Shown piece after piece: positions 1-9,031 of a stretch of 64,000 bases of DNA. The stretch is taken from IMG/VR virus record IMGVR_UViG_3300010885_009424. One strand, written 5' to 3'. Both the position numbers and the translations under genes were made by a program. Positions within the stretch are counted from its first letter, which is position 1; each line of letters opens with the position of its first letter. The DNA comes from an uncultured virus (IMG/VR IMGVR_UViG_3300010885_009424). Taxonomy: Duplodnaviria; Heunggongvirae; Uroviricota; Caudoviricetes. A model generated the notes under the pieces. It was not told where the DNA came from. It did not search any database and saw only the letters and a list, made by a program, of their open reading frames with translations.

Positions 1-1
1 G

Positions 2-181
2 CCTCTGCCGATAATCAACCCCGCAACAGCCGACAAGCCCGTTCCTACGCAAGAGCAGGAGGCGAGGATTCTGTCGTGGTACGCCGCCGACCTAGACCTG
101 TACGAGTCGATCACCTCGGCGGGCGTGGTCTTGCAGGATGTGCTTGGTTCGGATTGGCTGTCCTCATACGGAGTCGGATAA
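2..181 (+). CDS. 3' end of a gene truncated by the window edge; possibly sulfotransferase-family C-terminus
   Basis: Frame 2 is open to TAA 179-181: PLPIINPATADKPVPTQEQEARILSWYAADLDLYESI. The LP.IN...I...YA.D..LYE pattern resembles sulfotransferase C-termini. Confidence 0.35.
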   Translation, partial: PLPIINPATADKPVPTQEQEARILSWYAADLDLYESITSAGVVLQDVLGSDWLSSYGVG

Positions 182-184
182 ATA
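178..184 (+). promoter_or_regulatory. T4-type late promoter ATAAATA
   Basis: ATAAATA 9 nt before ATG 194; gp55 and gp33 are encoded in the window. Confidence 0.7.
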
Positions 185-193
185 AGGATAGGC

Positions 194-2032
194 ATGGCGA
201 AACAGAACTCGGTCAACCTCGACATCACGAACAATCCCGATGGATTCGACATCTCGGGAGGATCGACCTCCCGTAAGTTGACCGTCACAGGTGCGGACAT
301 CACGCTGTCGGGTTCGGGAACCGCCACGATAACCTTCCCGACGAGCGACACGACCCTTGCGGGTCTTGGCATCACGCAGTCGTTCACGGCTCCGCAGACC
401 TTCACGGTGTCCGCTGCCTTCTCGGGAGGCATCACGACCTCCGATCTTTGGGTGTCGAACGGAGCGACCTTCAACACCACGGCGAAGGTGAACAGCGTCA
501 CCGAATCTACATCTAAGACCACGGGTGCCCTCATCGTCAGCGGCGGTCTTGGCGTGAGTGGCAACATCTACGGTGGCGGCGACCTCTTTGCGACCCTTAC
601 AGCCACCTTCGGTCAGCGGGCGCACTTCTCGACGGGACTGACCACCTCACAACTGTTCGTCTCGGGTGGTGCAACCTTCAACTCCCGTGCAAACTTCGCA
701 GCGGGACTGACCACGGCGAACCTGTTCGTATCCACGGGTGCAACCTTCGGCTCCCGTGCCTCGTTCTCGTCGGGATTGACCGCAGCAAACCTCTATGTGG
801 CGAGTGGTGCAACATTTGACAGCACTGCTACATTTAGTGCCAGTAGCAATGCAATTAAGTTGACATCAGCAACTTCTCAAATACAGGCATCGAATAGTGC
901 GGGATATTTGGGTATATTTTCCACAGGATCGGGATTTCTCGTTGCTGGTACTCCTAGAATAATTTTGCAGGATGCCGACACAGATATCAGTGGCATCCCC
1001 AACATAAGCATTCTTCCGTCAGGCGACCCACCGAACACGCTGACGCTTGGAAGCGTATCCACCACTACAACCCTCAATGGAACCGTGGCTGGTGCTACAT
1101 TCACGGGAAGACAGACATTCACGGGTGGCATCACCGCAGCGAACCTTTGGGTGTCCATGGGTGCGACCTTCGGCTCCCGTGCCTCGTTCTCGTCGGGACT
1201 GACCACGGCAAACCTGTTCGTCTCGGGTGGTGCGACCTTCGGTGCTGCGGTCAGCATCACGGGTGCCCTCGTCGCAACAGGAGCGACATTCATTTACAAC
1301 ATGAGCCTCGGAACGGACAAGAATTTGCTGAAGGATGCCACCTTCAAGGACTTCGGCGAGGTGTTCGGGTATCAGATCCGCAAGGAGATCAAAGATGTCA
1401 AGACCAGCAACAGATACTATGTCGATCTGTCGAGGGGCAACACCTTCTACCTAGACCTATATGGAAGCGACAACTCGGGAATACTCGGGGGATTTGCGCC
1501 TGGTGACATCCTGCCCTCCATCAAGGTTCCATCGACCGCATGGGCTACGGTTACCACGACCGTTGGTCTGACGGGTGCCACGGCATCCACGACCAACCAA
1601 GGCGGAACCATTGCGGCGGGACAGTTCATGTTCGGACCTGGCATCACTAGCACGGGATGCACCGCCGTCTCGTACAACTTGGGAACGGGAGTGATCGTAC
1701 TCAGCAAGGCTGCGCAAGCGACCGTCTCCGACGCATACACCGCCTTCGTGCGGAACAACGGCGAGGGATATGGTATGGGAGCAAGCCCGATTCTCTCGAC
1801 TCCATCGACACTCGCTCCCGCTAGGGTTCACTCGTTCACCCTCATCGTGGGTGCAACCGCATCGGCATCGATCACATGGCAGACGGGAGCAACCCACTAC
1901 GGTCAGATCAAATGGCCTTCGGGAACGGCACCGACGCTCACCACGACGAGTGGAAAGTTCGATGTCTTCTCATTCCTCTCCTACGACTATGGTACGAGTT
2001 GGATCGCCTTCAACGCAGGACAAAACTTCTGA
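194..2032 (+). CDS. Tail fibre / virion fibre protein with 22-aa repeats
   Basis: G/S/T/A-rich; repeats like GATFGSRASFSSGLTAANLYVAS; C-terminal IKWPSGTAPTLTT..GKFDVFSF..YD.GTSW domain typical of phage fibres; a chaperone gene lies two ORFs downstream. Confidence 0.75.
   Translation: MAKQNSVNLDITNNPDGFDISGGSTSRKLTVTGADITLSGSGTATITFPTSDTTLAGLGITQSFTAPQTFTVSAAFSGGITTSDLWVSNGATFNTTAKVNSVTESTSKTTGALIVSGGLGVSGNIYGGGDLFATLTATFGQRAHFSTGLTTSQLFVSGGATFNSRANFAAGLTTANLFVSTGATFGSRASFSSGLTAANLYVASGATFDSTATFSASSNAIKLTSATSQIQASNSAGYLGIFSTGSGFLVAGTPRIILQDADTDISGIPNISILPSGDPPNTLTLGSVSTTTTLNGTVAGATFTGRQTFTGGITAANLWVSMGATFGSRASFSSGLTTANLFVSGGATFGAAVSITGALVATGATFIYNMSLGTDKNLLKDATFKDFGEVFGYQIRKEIKDVKTSNRYYVDLSRGNTFYLDLYGSDNSGILGGFAPGDILPSIKVPSTAWATVTTTVGLTGATASTTNQGGTIAAGQFMFGPGITSTGCTAVSYNLGTGVIVLSKAAQATVSDAYTAFVRNNGEGYGMGASPILSTPSTLAPARVHSFTLIVGATASASITWQTGATHYGQIKWPSGTAPTLTTTSGKFDVFSFLSYDYGTSWIAFNAGQNF
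400..1260 (+). repeat. Imperfect 66-bp (22-codon) repeats within the fibre gene
   Basis: Near-identical copies of accttcggctcccgtgcctcgttctcgtcggga at about 743 and 1166, with further degenerate copies at 400-480 and 600-820. Confidence 0.8.
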
Positions 2033-2487
2033 TGGGAATGCTCGGTGTTACGGGTCGTGTGGCTTTGGCGAAGACGATGATATCGTCGGCAGATGTAACT
2101 CCTGCCGCTGTGAATTGGGCAGATGTTAGTTATTACGACATGATGAGTAGTATCGGCATTACTTCAAGACTAATAACAGCAATCAATCAAACAATTACTT
2201 TGCGTGTGGCATACACGCCTTTGAACGCAGATATGCTGTATTTATACTATCGAAAATCAGTGAGTGGTGGTTCTGATTCCACGGGAACAGATTACGGCGA
2301 CCTTCCCAGTTTTACATTAATAAATACCAATGGAACATTCACAGTTACCACGGGTCAATATGTAGATTTTACATCCTATCCAGGCAACAGTTGGAGAGGA
2401 TCTCCTTTATCAGCAACTGTTACGGTTACCAATATAACTGACTCAAATGCTGTTCTGGATACATTCACTATTACTGTCTCAAGTTAA
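2032..2487 (+). CDS. Putative fibre-tip / adhesin protein (start at ATG 2032, TGATG overlap)
   Basis: Translationally coupled to the fibre gene; Thr/Val-rich, beta-like; AT-rich DNA. Confidence 0.5.
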   Translation: MGMLGVTGRVALAKTMISSADVTPAAVNWADVSYYDMMSSIGITSRLITAINQTITLRVAYTPLNADMLYLYYRKSVSGGSDSTGTDYGDLPSFTLINTNGTFTVTTGQYVDFTSYPGNSWRGSPLSATVTVTNITDSNAVLDTFTITVSS

Positions 2488-2490
2488 TAT

Positions 2491-2967
2491 ATGAAATACG
2501 CAGAATTATACAACCTCGAAATCGTGCAGATCCACAACGAACTTCCCCGAGCGTGGCGCAACATCTCGGGACTCTGCAACTACCCCGATGACGAACTTGC
2601 GGACCTCGGTTGGTCGGGCAACGGCGGGTGCGCCTTCTATCCCGTGGTCGAGGGTTCGCAGCCTTCCTACGACCCCAAGACACAGACCATCTCGTATCAG
2701 GATACGGTCGATGCGAACGCCAAGGTAGTGAACATGACTTGGTCTGCGGTGTTGTACTCGCAGGATCAGATCGACACAGAGTGGGCTAGGCTCCGCAGCC
2801 GCCGCAACTCACATCTCAAGGCTTGCGACTTCACACAACTCGCTGACGCTCCCCTGACGGCCGAGAAGAAGTCGGATTGGACTGCATACCGCCAAGCCCT
2901 CCGTGACCTACCACAGAACACCGTGAACCCCTTCGATGTCACATGGCCGACACAACCGAATCCGTGA
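2491..2967 (+). CDS. Tail fibre assembly chaperone
   Basis: C-terminal W..LR..RN..L..CD.TQL.D.PL......W..YRQALRDLPQ...P..V.WP..P motif. Confidence 0.85.
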   Translation: MKYAELYNLEIVQIHNELPRAWRNISGLCNYPDDELADLGWSGNGGCAFYPVVEGSQPSYDPKTQTISYQDTVDANAKVVNMTWSAVLYSQDQIDTEWARLRSRRNSHLKACDFTQLADAPLTAEKKSDWTAYRQALRDLPQNTVNPFDVTWPTQPNP

Positions 2968-3547
2968 CATCGGCTTCTTCTACCCCTCGGCATCCTACAC
3001 GGGCTACAACGAGGTCAAGAGCAGGAGAAGATTCGCTGTACTCGACGGGATCCCCGATCTAGGGGCATCGACCCTCCTCGACATCGGCTCGGGTCCATGC
3101 AACCTTCTCGGTTGGCTGAAGGACAACGGACACGAAACACACTACGAGGCTGTGGACATCCGTGAGGATTCCTTGCGCCTGTGCCCATGTCCGCCCACGC
3201 ACACGCACACGGGCGTGCCCACCCACCCACGCACGGGCGCACGGGCGTGGGACATCGTCTGTCTCTTCGGGACCGTGACCTTCAACATCGGATCGGATCA
3301 GGAGGCGAACAGGCGGATGATGAGGGAACTCCTCATGTCCGCCCTTTTCCTCCACCCTAAACACATCGTCTTCACGGCGATCCGAAGCGACCGACTCGAC
3401 GGGATCAACGCCATTCAATTGGTGGGATACGACAGGGAGGGAATCGAAGAACTCATATCCATGCTCTCGCCCGATTCATGGGAGATCCATGAGGAGCACG
3501 ATCCCTACGAGTGGATCGTGAGGTGTTCGTTCGCTTCCGATAAATAG
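2936..3547 (+). CDS. Class I SAM-dependent methyltransferase
   Basis: Motif I LLDIGSGPC, YEAVDI, WDIVCLFGT; start codon uncertain. Confidence 0.75.
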   Translation: MSHGRHNRIRDIGFFYPSASYTGYNEVKSRRRFAVLDGIPDLGASTLLDIGSGPCNLLGWLKDNGHETHYEAVDIREDSLRLCPCPPTHTHTGVPTHPRTGARAWDIVCLFGTVTFNIGSDQEANRRMMRELLMSALFLHPKHIVFTAIRSDRLDGINAIQLVGYDREGIEELISMLSPDSWEIHEEHDPYEWIVRCSFASDK

Positions 3548-3551
3548 CCTC

Positions 3552-3875
3552 GTGGCACAAATCAAGTTCCTGCGCTCCTCCACGCCTGGAGTGATACCCA
3601 CGGGTCTCACCTACGGGGAACTTGCCGTGAATGTAGCCGATCAACGGCTATATGTCGGGAACACGGCGGGAGATTCCATCCTCGTCCTCGGTGGTTCGGG
3701 AGGATCTGGAACGGAAACGACTTGGTATCTCACCACGCCGACCACCGCTGTTGACATCGCAGGTGTCCCCACAGGCACGACTTTCTCTGTGGGCACGAAC
3801 GCCATATCCATACTCGAAGACATTCTCTATCCCGCCTCTCTTTATGGGACGGTCGATGGGGGAACCTTCGGATGA
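3552..3875 (+). CDS. Small structural protein with a fibre/spike N-terminal (Mtd_N-like) attachment motif
   Basis: IKFLRS...G..P..L..GELAVN.AD..LYVG; late promoter ATAAATA at 3540-3546. Confidence 0.6.
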   Translation: MAQIKFLRSSTPGVIPTGLTYGELAVNVADQRLYVGNTAGDSILVLGGSGGSGTETTWYLTTPTTAVDIAGVPTGTTFSVGTNAISILEDILYPASLYGTVDGGTFG

Positions 3876-3970
3876 GAACTCTATCTTTTCTTCCTCGGGA
3901 TTGATCAGGAAGAAGCGATGGTACGAGTCGATAAGTCCTAAATATCCAACATTCTAGGAGAAGTTACGCC

Positions 3971-5926
3971 ATGAGCAACCCCGTTGGTCTCCCAATCCTT
4001 TATCAGCAGTTCATACACCTCAGCCGTTACAGTAGGTGGTTGTCCGAGAAGGGACGGCGTGAGTCTTGGGAGGAGACGGTTGATCGCTACTTCAACTTCT
4101 TCGACTGGCATCTCAAGGAGTACCACAACTACTCGCTGCCGCAGGAGACCCGTGAGGAACTCCGTCAAGCCGTCCTCAACCTTGAGATCATGCCCTCCAT
4201 GCGCTGTCTGATGACGGCGGGCGAGGCACTCAAGCGGGACAACATCGCAGGGTACAACTGCTCGTACCTCCATGTGAACCGCATCCGTGCGTTCGACGAG
4301 ATTCTCTATGTCCTCATGTGTGGGACGGGGGTGGGCTTCTCAGTCGAGCGTCAGTTCGTGGACAAGTTGCCGACCATCGCAGAGGAGTTCTCGGACACCG
4401 ACACGACCATCGTGGTTGCCGACAGCAAGCAGGGTTGGGCGAAGGCTTTCAGGGAACTCATTAGCCTTCTCCTCGTCGGTCAGGTTCCCAAGTGGGATGT
4501 CTCCAAGGTTCGTCCTGCGGGTGCGAGGCTCAAGACCTTCGGTGGTCGTGCAAGCGGTCCCCGCCCTCTCGACGAACTCTTCAAGTTCACGGTCGAGACA
4601 TTCAAGAAGGCGGCGGGTCGCAAGTTGACCTCCATCGAATGCCACGACATCGTCTGCAAGACGGCGGAGATCGTGGTGGTCGGCGGAGTTCGTCGTTCGG
4701 CACTCATCTCCCTCTCAAACCTCACCGACGAGAGGATGAGGGATGCGAAGAGCGGTGCGTGGTGGGAGGCGAACCCACAGAGGGCGCTCGCCAACAACTC
4801 AGTCGCCTACAAGGAGAAGCCCGACATCGGCATCTTCATGGAGGAGTGGGTCTCGCTCTACAAGAGCAAGTCAGGAGAGCGTGGCATCTTCAACCGTGCC
4901 GCAGCACAGAAGACCGTTGCCAAGTTGGGCGACCGCCGTGACCCGAACCACGACTTCGGCACGAACCCATGCAGCGAGATCATCCTCCGTGACCGTGAGT
5001 TCTGCAACCTGAGCGAGATCATCGTTCGTGAAGACGACACCCTTGAGTCGCTCAAGCGGAAGTGCCGACTCGCCGCCATCATCGGCACCATGCAGTCCAC
5101 CTTGGTGAACTTCCAGTACATCTCCTCGGAATGGCGCAAGAACTGCGAGGAGGAGCGTCTCCTCGGCGTGAGCCTGACGGGAATCCTCGACAATCCCCTG
5201 CTCTACAACGATCTCCCGAACCTTCCGACCACGCTCGGCATGGTGCTTGACACCATGCGTGAGGTCGCCATCCGCACGAACAACGAGATGTCCCGCAGCA
5301 TCGGGATCAATCCCTCGGCTGCGATCACCTGCGTCAAGCCCTCAGGAACGGTTTCGCAGTTGACGGACGCTGCTTCGGGTATCCATCCACGCCATGCCCC
5401 CTACTACATCCGCACCGTCCGTGCGGACAACAAGGATCCCCTCTGCGTGATGATGAAGGAACTGGGCTTCCCCTATGAAGCCGATGTGATGAAGCCCGAG
5501 CATACCATGGTCTTCTCGTTCCCGATGAAGTCGCCCGAGCATGCGGTATTCCGCAAGGACATGAACGCCACCGAGCATCTCGACCTGTGGCTCACCTATC
5601 AGCGACATTGGTGCGAACACAAGCCTTCCATCACCGTGACCGTCAAGGAGCATGAGTGGATGGATGTCGGTGCGTTCGTCTACAAGCACTTCGACGAGAT
5701 CAGCGGCATCTCGTTCCTTCCGTTCTCCGACCACTCGTACCGACAGGCACCCTATCAGGACTGCACCGCTGAAGAGTACCATGCGCTCCTCGCCAAGATG
5801 CCGAAGGATGTCGATTGGAACCTTCTCTCAAAGTACGAGAAGGATGACAACACGGTCGGCAACCAGACCTTCGCCTGTTCGGGCGACAAGTGCGAGATCG
5901 TGGACCTCACGGCATCGGGTGCGTAA
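3971..5926 (+). CDS. nrdJ: Class II (adenosylcobalamin-dependent) ribonucleotide reductase
   Basis: GGVRRSALI, GTNPCSEI, FCNLSEI, TCVKPSGTVSQL and C-terminal CSGDKC redox pair; no NrdB nearby. Confidence 0.93.
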   Translation: MSNPVGLPILYQQFIHLSRYSRWLSEKGRRESWEETVDRYFNFFDWHLKEYHNYSLPQETREELRQAVLNLEIMPSMRCLMTAGEALKRDNIAGYNCSYLHVNRIRAFDEILYVLMCGTGVGFSVERQFVDKLPTIAEEFSDTDTTIVVADSKQGWAKAFRELISLLLVGQVPKWDVSKVRPAGARLKTFGGRASGPRPLDELFKFTVETFKKAAGRKLTSIECHDIVCKTAEIVVVGGVRRSALISLSNLTDERMRDAKSGAWWEANPQRALANNSVAYKEKPDIGIFMEEWVSLYKSKSGERGIFNRAAAQKTVAKLGDRRDPNHDFGTNPCSEIILRDREFCNLSEIIVREDDTLESLKRKCRLAAIIGTMQSTLVNFQYISSEWRKNCEEERLLGVSLTGILDNPLLYNDLPNLPTTLGMVLDTMREVAIRTNNEMSRSIGINPSAAITCVKPSGTVSQLTDAASGIHPRHAPYYIRTVRADNKDPLCVMMKELGFPYEADVMKPEHTMVFSFPMKSPEHAVFRKDMNATEHLDLWLTYQRHWCEHKPSITVTVKEHEWMDVGAFVYKHFDEISGISFLPFSDHSYRQAPYQDCTAEEYHALLAKMPKDVDWNLLSKYEKDDNTVGNQTFACSGDKCEIVDLTASGA

Positions 5927-5929
5927 CAC

Positions 5930-6295
5930 ATGGATGTCGTGATGTCCATCCTCTGGGTGATGTTCGTCCTGTACCTACTGTACGGGACGAACATGGTCTA
6001 CGCTTACATGAGCAGGATGCCGTGGCTCGACCGATGGACGCAGATCAAGAGATACAAACAGTTCTACCGATGGTCGATCCCCTACTCGACCTTCATGCAG
6101 AACGACCATCCGTCTTTCTTGATCGACCTGTTCTCATGCCGCTACTGCCTTGGTGTGTGGCTTTCCCTGATCCCCTCGGCAATCGTGGGATGGGACTGGC
6201 TCCCGATGATCTATTTCGGATCGCAGTTGGGATGCTCTGTCTTCGTGTGGGTTCAGAATTGGTTCGCCGACTACAACACGGACATCGAGTTTTGA
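5930..6295 (+). CDS. Hypothetical membrane protein
   Basis: Hydrophobic segments; FSCRYCLGVW motif. Confidence 0.6.
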   Translation: MDVVMSILWVMFVLYLLYGTNMVYAYMSRMPWLDRWTQIKRYKQFYRWSIPYSTFMQNDHPSFLIDLFSCRYCLGVWLSLIPSAIVGWDWLPMIYFGSQLGCSVFVWVQNWFADYNTDIEF

Positions 6296-6585
6296 ACGAG
6301 TTGACATTCGACAGCATGAAGACTCTCTTCGACTACATCCACTCACATGGAGGTGCGGATTCGGCTACGCATGGACAACTCGGCGACTTCTACAGGATGA
6401 TGAAGGCGTACATCGATCCGAACACCTGCTCATGTAAGAAGGGCAGGAACGCATACAACAACATCCACTCCAAGTGCAAGAGCCTGACGGGACTCAAAGG
6501 CACGGCATTGGTGGAATCCCGTGCCCTATTCGACAACAGGATCGTCATCGTGATGGAAAAGGGTCACGAGGTCGCTCGGTTCTGA
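6292..6585 (+). CDS. Hypothetical protein (start TTG 6292 or ATG 6316)
   Basis: Fills the gap between neighbours; CSC motif. Confidence 0.5.
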   Translation: MNELTFDSMKTLFDYIHSHGGADSATHGQLGDFYRMMKAYIDPNTCSCKKGRNAYNNIHSKCKSLTGLKGTALVESRALFDNRIVIVMEKGHEVARF

Positions 6586-6632
6586 CGCTGTTCGGGATCG
6601 GGCATAAATACCGTCAGAAAGGAGACAGCAAC

Positions 6633-6755
6633 ATGGACACAATCAAGGATTTCTTCGGCAGCGTCGGTTGGATCATCGTCGCATTCGTAGCGGGTGCCTT
6701 CCTCGGCGCTCCCCTGTGGATTTGGCTCAAGACCAAACTCAACTGGAACAAGTGA
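6633..6755 (+). CDS. 40-aa single-pass membrane protein, late expressed
   Basis: ATAAATA 6604-6610, SD AGGAG 6620-6624; MDTIKDFFGSVGWIIVAFVAGAFLGAPLWIWLKTKLNWNK. Confidence 0.7.
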   Translation: MDTIKDFFGSVGWIIVAFVAGAFLGAPLWIWLKTKLNWNK

Positions 6756-6770
6756 CAGGTCTCCTTCGCC

Positions 6771-8471
6771 ATGATCAACTTCAAGAGAATCCGATGGAAG
6801 AACCTGTTATCCACAGGTAATGTCTTCACGGAAGTACAACTCGACAAGACCGAGACGACATTGATCCTCGGCGAAAACGGCGCAGGTAAGAGTACCATTC
6901 TGGATGCTCTTACCTTCGTCGTTTTCAACAAGCCCTATCGCTCCGTCAATCTCCCGCAACTCGTGTCCTCCGTGAACGAGCGTGACTGCGTGGTCGAGGT
7001 CGAGTTCACGGACGGGAACTCCGAATACAAGATCGTCAGGGGTCAATCTCCCAAGGTCTTCGAGATCTGGTGCGATGACAAGTTGATGGATCAGGATGCG
7101 AAGTCGAGGGACTATCAGAAGTCTCTTGAGGAATCGATCCTCGGGATGAACTACAGGTCGTTCTGCCAAGTGGTCATCCTCGGATCCGCCAACTATGTCC
7201 CCTTCATGCGGCTTCCCGCAGCGGAGCGGAGATCGGTTGTCGAATCCATACTCGACATCGGCATCTTCTCGACCATGAACGCCTCCCTGAGGGAGCGCAT
7301 CAGCGCAAACAAGGAGGAAATCCGCCATGCCGAGTCCGCTGTCGCCGTGGCACGGGAACGGGTCGCTCTCCTCCGCAGGATGGTCGAGGACGAGCAGAAG
7401 CGCAAGCAGCAAGATGAGGAGTGGGACAGTAAGCAGGTCGATGATGCGTCCAAGGCAATCGACGCTGCCCATGCTGCGATAGCGTCCGCATCCGAGGAAA
7501 TATCGGTCCTCACACAGTCCGTCTCCGATGCCGCCTCGGTGAAGGCGAACGCCGAGAAATACGAGTCCCTACAGGAGAGGATGACACGGAGACTTGAGGC
7601 GATCAGGAAGGAGATTTCCTTCTATGAGGAGAACGACACATGCCCGACCTGTTCGCAGGGGATCGACGGGACTTTCAAGGAGTCCATGATCTCTGGTAGG
7701 AGGGAGAAGATCGCCAAGATGGAGAAGGCGGTCGCCGAGGTCGAGGATCAGATGGATGTCCTGTGGGAAAGGGGAAGGACGATCTCCGAAACGGTGTCCA
7801 AGATCAGGTCGCTCAACGCCGTGATCGTGTCGGGGAACAACGACATCTCCGCAGCGGAGAAAACCCTCAAGTTGCTCGCAGACAGGCGTGGTGCGGCGGT
7901 GCAGGACACGACCTCCGAACTCAATGATGCCATTCGGGCGGAGGAAGAGGCGGTTGACACCAAGCGTGAGTTGATCGAGGACCAGCACTACCTGTCCCTC
8001 GCCGCCACCCTTCTCAAGGACAGCGGGATCAAGACCCGCATCATCCGAAACTACATCCCCGTCATCAACGACACCATCAACGGCTACCTGTCGAGGATGA
8101 ACTTCTTCGTGGACTTCAGGCTCGACGAGGAGTTCAACGAGACGATCAGGAGCCGCCACCGTGACGAGTTCACCTACGCATCGTTCAGCGAAGGCGAGAA
8201 GAAGAAGATCGACCTAGCCATGCTATTCGCATGGCGGAAGATCGCCTCCATGAAGAACTCCATCACTACGAACCTGCTTATCCTCGACGAGATACTCGAC
8301 GGAAGCCTTGACGATCAGGCGACCGACTCCTTCCTCGACATCGTCAACTCCCTCGAAGCGAGGACGAACACCTTCATCATCAGCCATAAGCCGAAGGAAG
8401 TTCTTCAGGACAAGTTCGACAGGACGCTTCAGTTCGTGAAGCGTGGGAACTTCAGCCGCATGATGCCGTGA
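6771..8471 (+). CDS. 46: gp46 recombination endonuclease subunit (Rad50/SbcC-like ATPase)
   Basis: Walker A GENGAGKST, zinc hook CPTC, signature FSEGE, Walker B LILDE. Confidence 0.95.
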   Translation: MINFKRIRWKNLLSTGNVFTEVQLDKTETTLILGENGAGKSTILDALTFVVFNKPYRSVNLPQLVSSVNERDCVVEVEFTDGNSEYKIVRGQSPKVFEIWCDDKLMDQDAKSRDYQKSLEESILGMNYRSFCQVVILGSANYVPFMRLPAAERRSVVESILDIGIFSTMNASLRERISANKEEIRHAESAVAVARERVALLRRMVEDEQKRKQQDEEWDSKQVDDASKAIDAAHAAIASASEEISVLTQSVSDAASVKANAEKYESLQERMTRRLEAIRKEISFYEENDTCPTCSQGIDGTFKESMISGRREKIAKMEKAVAEVEDQMDVLWERGRTISETVSKIRSLNAVIVSGNNDISAAEKTLKLLADRRGAAVQDTTSELNDAIRAEEEAVDTKRELIEDQHYLSLAATLLKDSGIKTRIIRNYIPVINDTINGYLSRMNFFVDFRLDEEFNETIRSRHRDEFTYASFSEGEKKKIDLAMLFAWRKIASMKNSITTNLLILDEILDGSLDDQATDSFLDIVNSLEARTNTFIISHKPKEVLQDKFDRTLQFVKRGNFSRMMP

Positions 8472-8798
8472 TTACTCCGAGATGAGTCGGAGGTTCTTTG
8501 ACACGGGGGGACTCGGTATGACGATTCCCGAAACAGCACTCATGTAGTTCTCGGTCAGGCTCTTCTTCGGAACCGCCATGAACAGTACCGACGAGATCGG
8601 GATCGCCACGGTCGAGTTCTCGCAGTAGGGAAGCCACGGCGCAAGTGCGATTTCGCCCTTACTCATCGGGATAAGGATGATCGGGTTCTTGATGTCGTAG
8701 CATCGGGAGCCGTGTTCGTCCTGCGAACACTTCGACAGTTGGCATTCGGCAAGGATTTCTTCGCCTGACATCAGGCGGAATAGATGGATGTTGCTCAT
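8472..8798 (-). CDS. Conserved T4-like hypothetical protein (possible Sm-like fold)
   Basis: I.LFRLMSGEEILA..., IKNPI...., LAPWLPY; SD AGGTGAGG. Confidence 0.7.
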   Translation of the reverse strand: MSNIHLFRLMSGEEILAECQLSKCSQDEHGSRCYDIKNPIILIPMSKGEIALAPWLPYCENSTVAIPISSVLFMAVPKKSLTENYMSAVSGIVIPSPPVSKNLRLISE

Positions 8799-8801
8799 GG
8801 T

Positions 8802-8834
8802 GTGGATACCTCACCTTTATTTAGGTGATTCCAC
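8802..8834 (-). promoter_or_regulatory. Late promoter CTAAATA inside a hairpin that covers the SD of gene 8472-8798
   Basis: Minus strand GTGGAATCACCT-AAATAA-AGGTGAGGTATCCAC. Confidence 0.65.
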
Positions 8835-9027
8835 CTTGGCTCCAGTATGGAGTCCGCTCCCTTTCCTTCGCAATTTTCTTGCGGGAGGGGGAGAGGTTGC
8901 GGTCATCCTTCCAAGAGGGCTTGCTAGCCAACTCGGGCTTCCCCGTTCGGAGGTCTAGCGTGTTCGTGACATGACCCCCGCCCCCACGGGCGACAGCCGT
9001 TGTCCACTCCACGAAGGACTTCACCAT
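8821..9027 (-). CDS. Small basic late protein, possible internal head protein
   Basis: CTAAATA at 9033-9039 directly upstream; N-terminus MVKSFVEW. Confidence 0.5.
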   Translation of the reverse strand: MVKSFVEWTTAVARGGGGHVTNTLDLRTGKPELASKPSWKDDRNLSPSRKKIAKERERTPYWSQGGIT

Positions 9028-9031
9028 GCCC

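Noticed and set aside
3552..3875. Diversity-generating retroelement suggested by the Mtd_N-like motif
   Set aside because: No reverse transcriptase and no template/variable repeat pair with adenine-specific mismatches in the window.
3876..3950. Coding-looking minus-strand stretch (DSYHRFFLINPEEEKIEFS)
   Set aside because: No start codon or SD and too short to support; at most a remnant.
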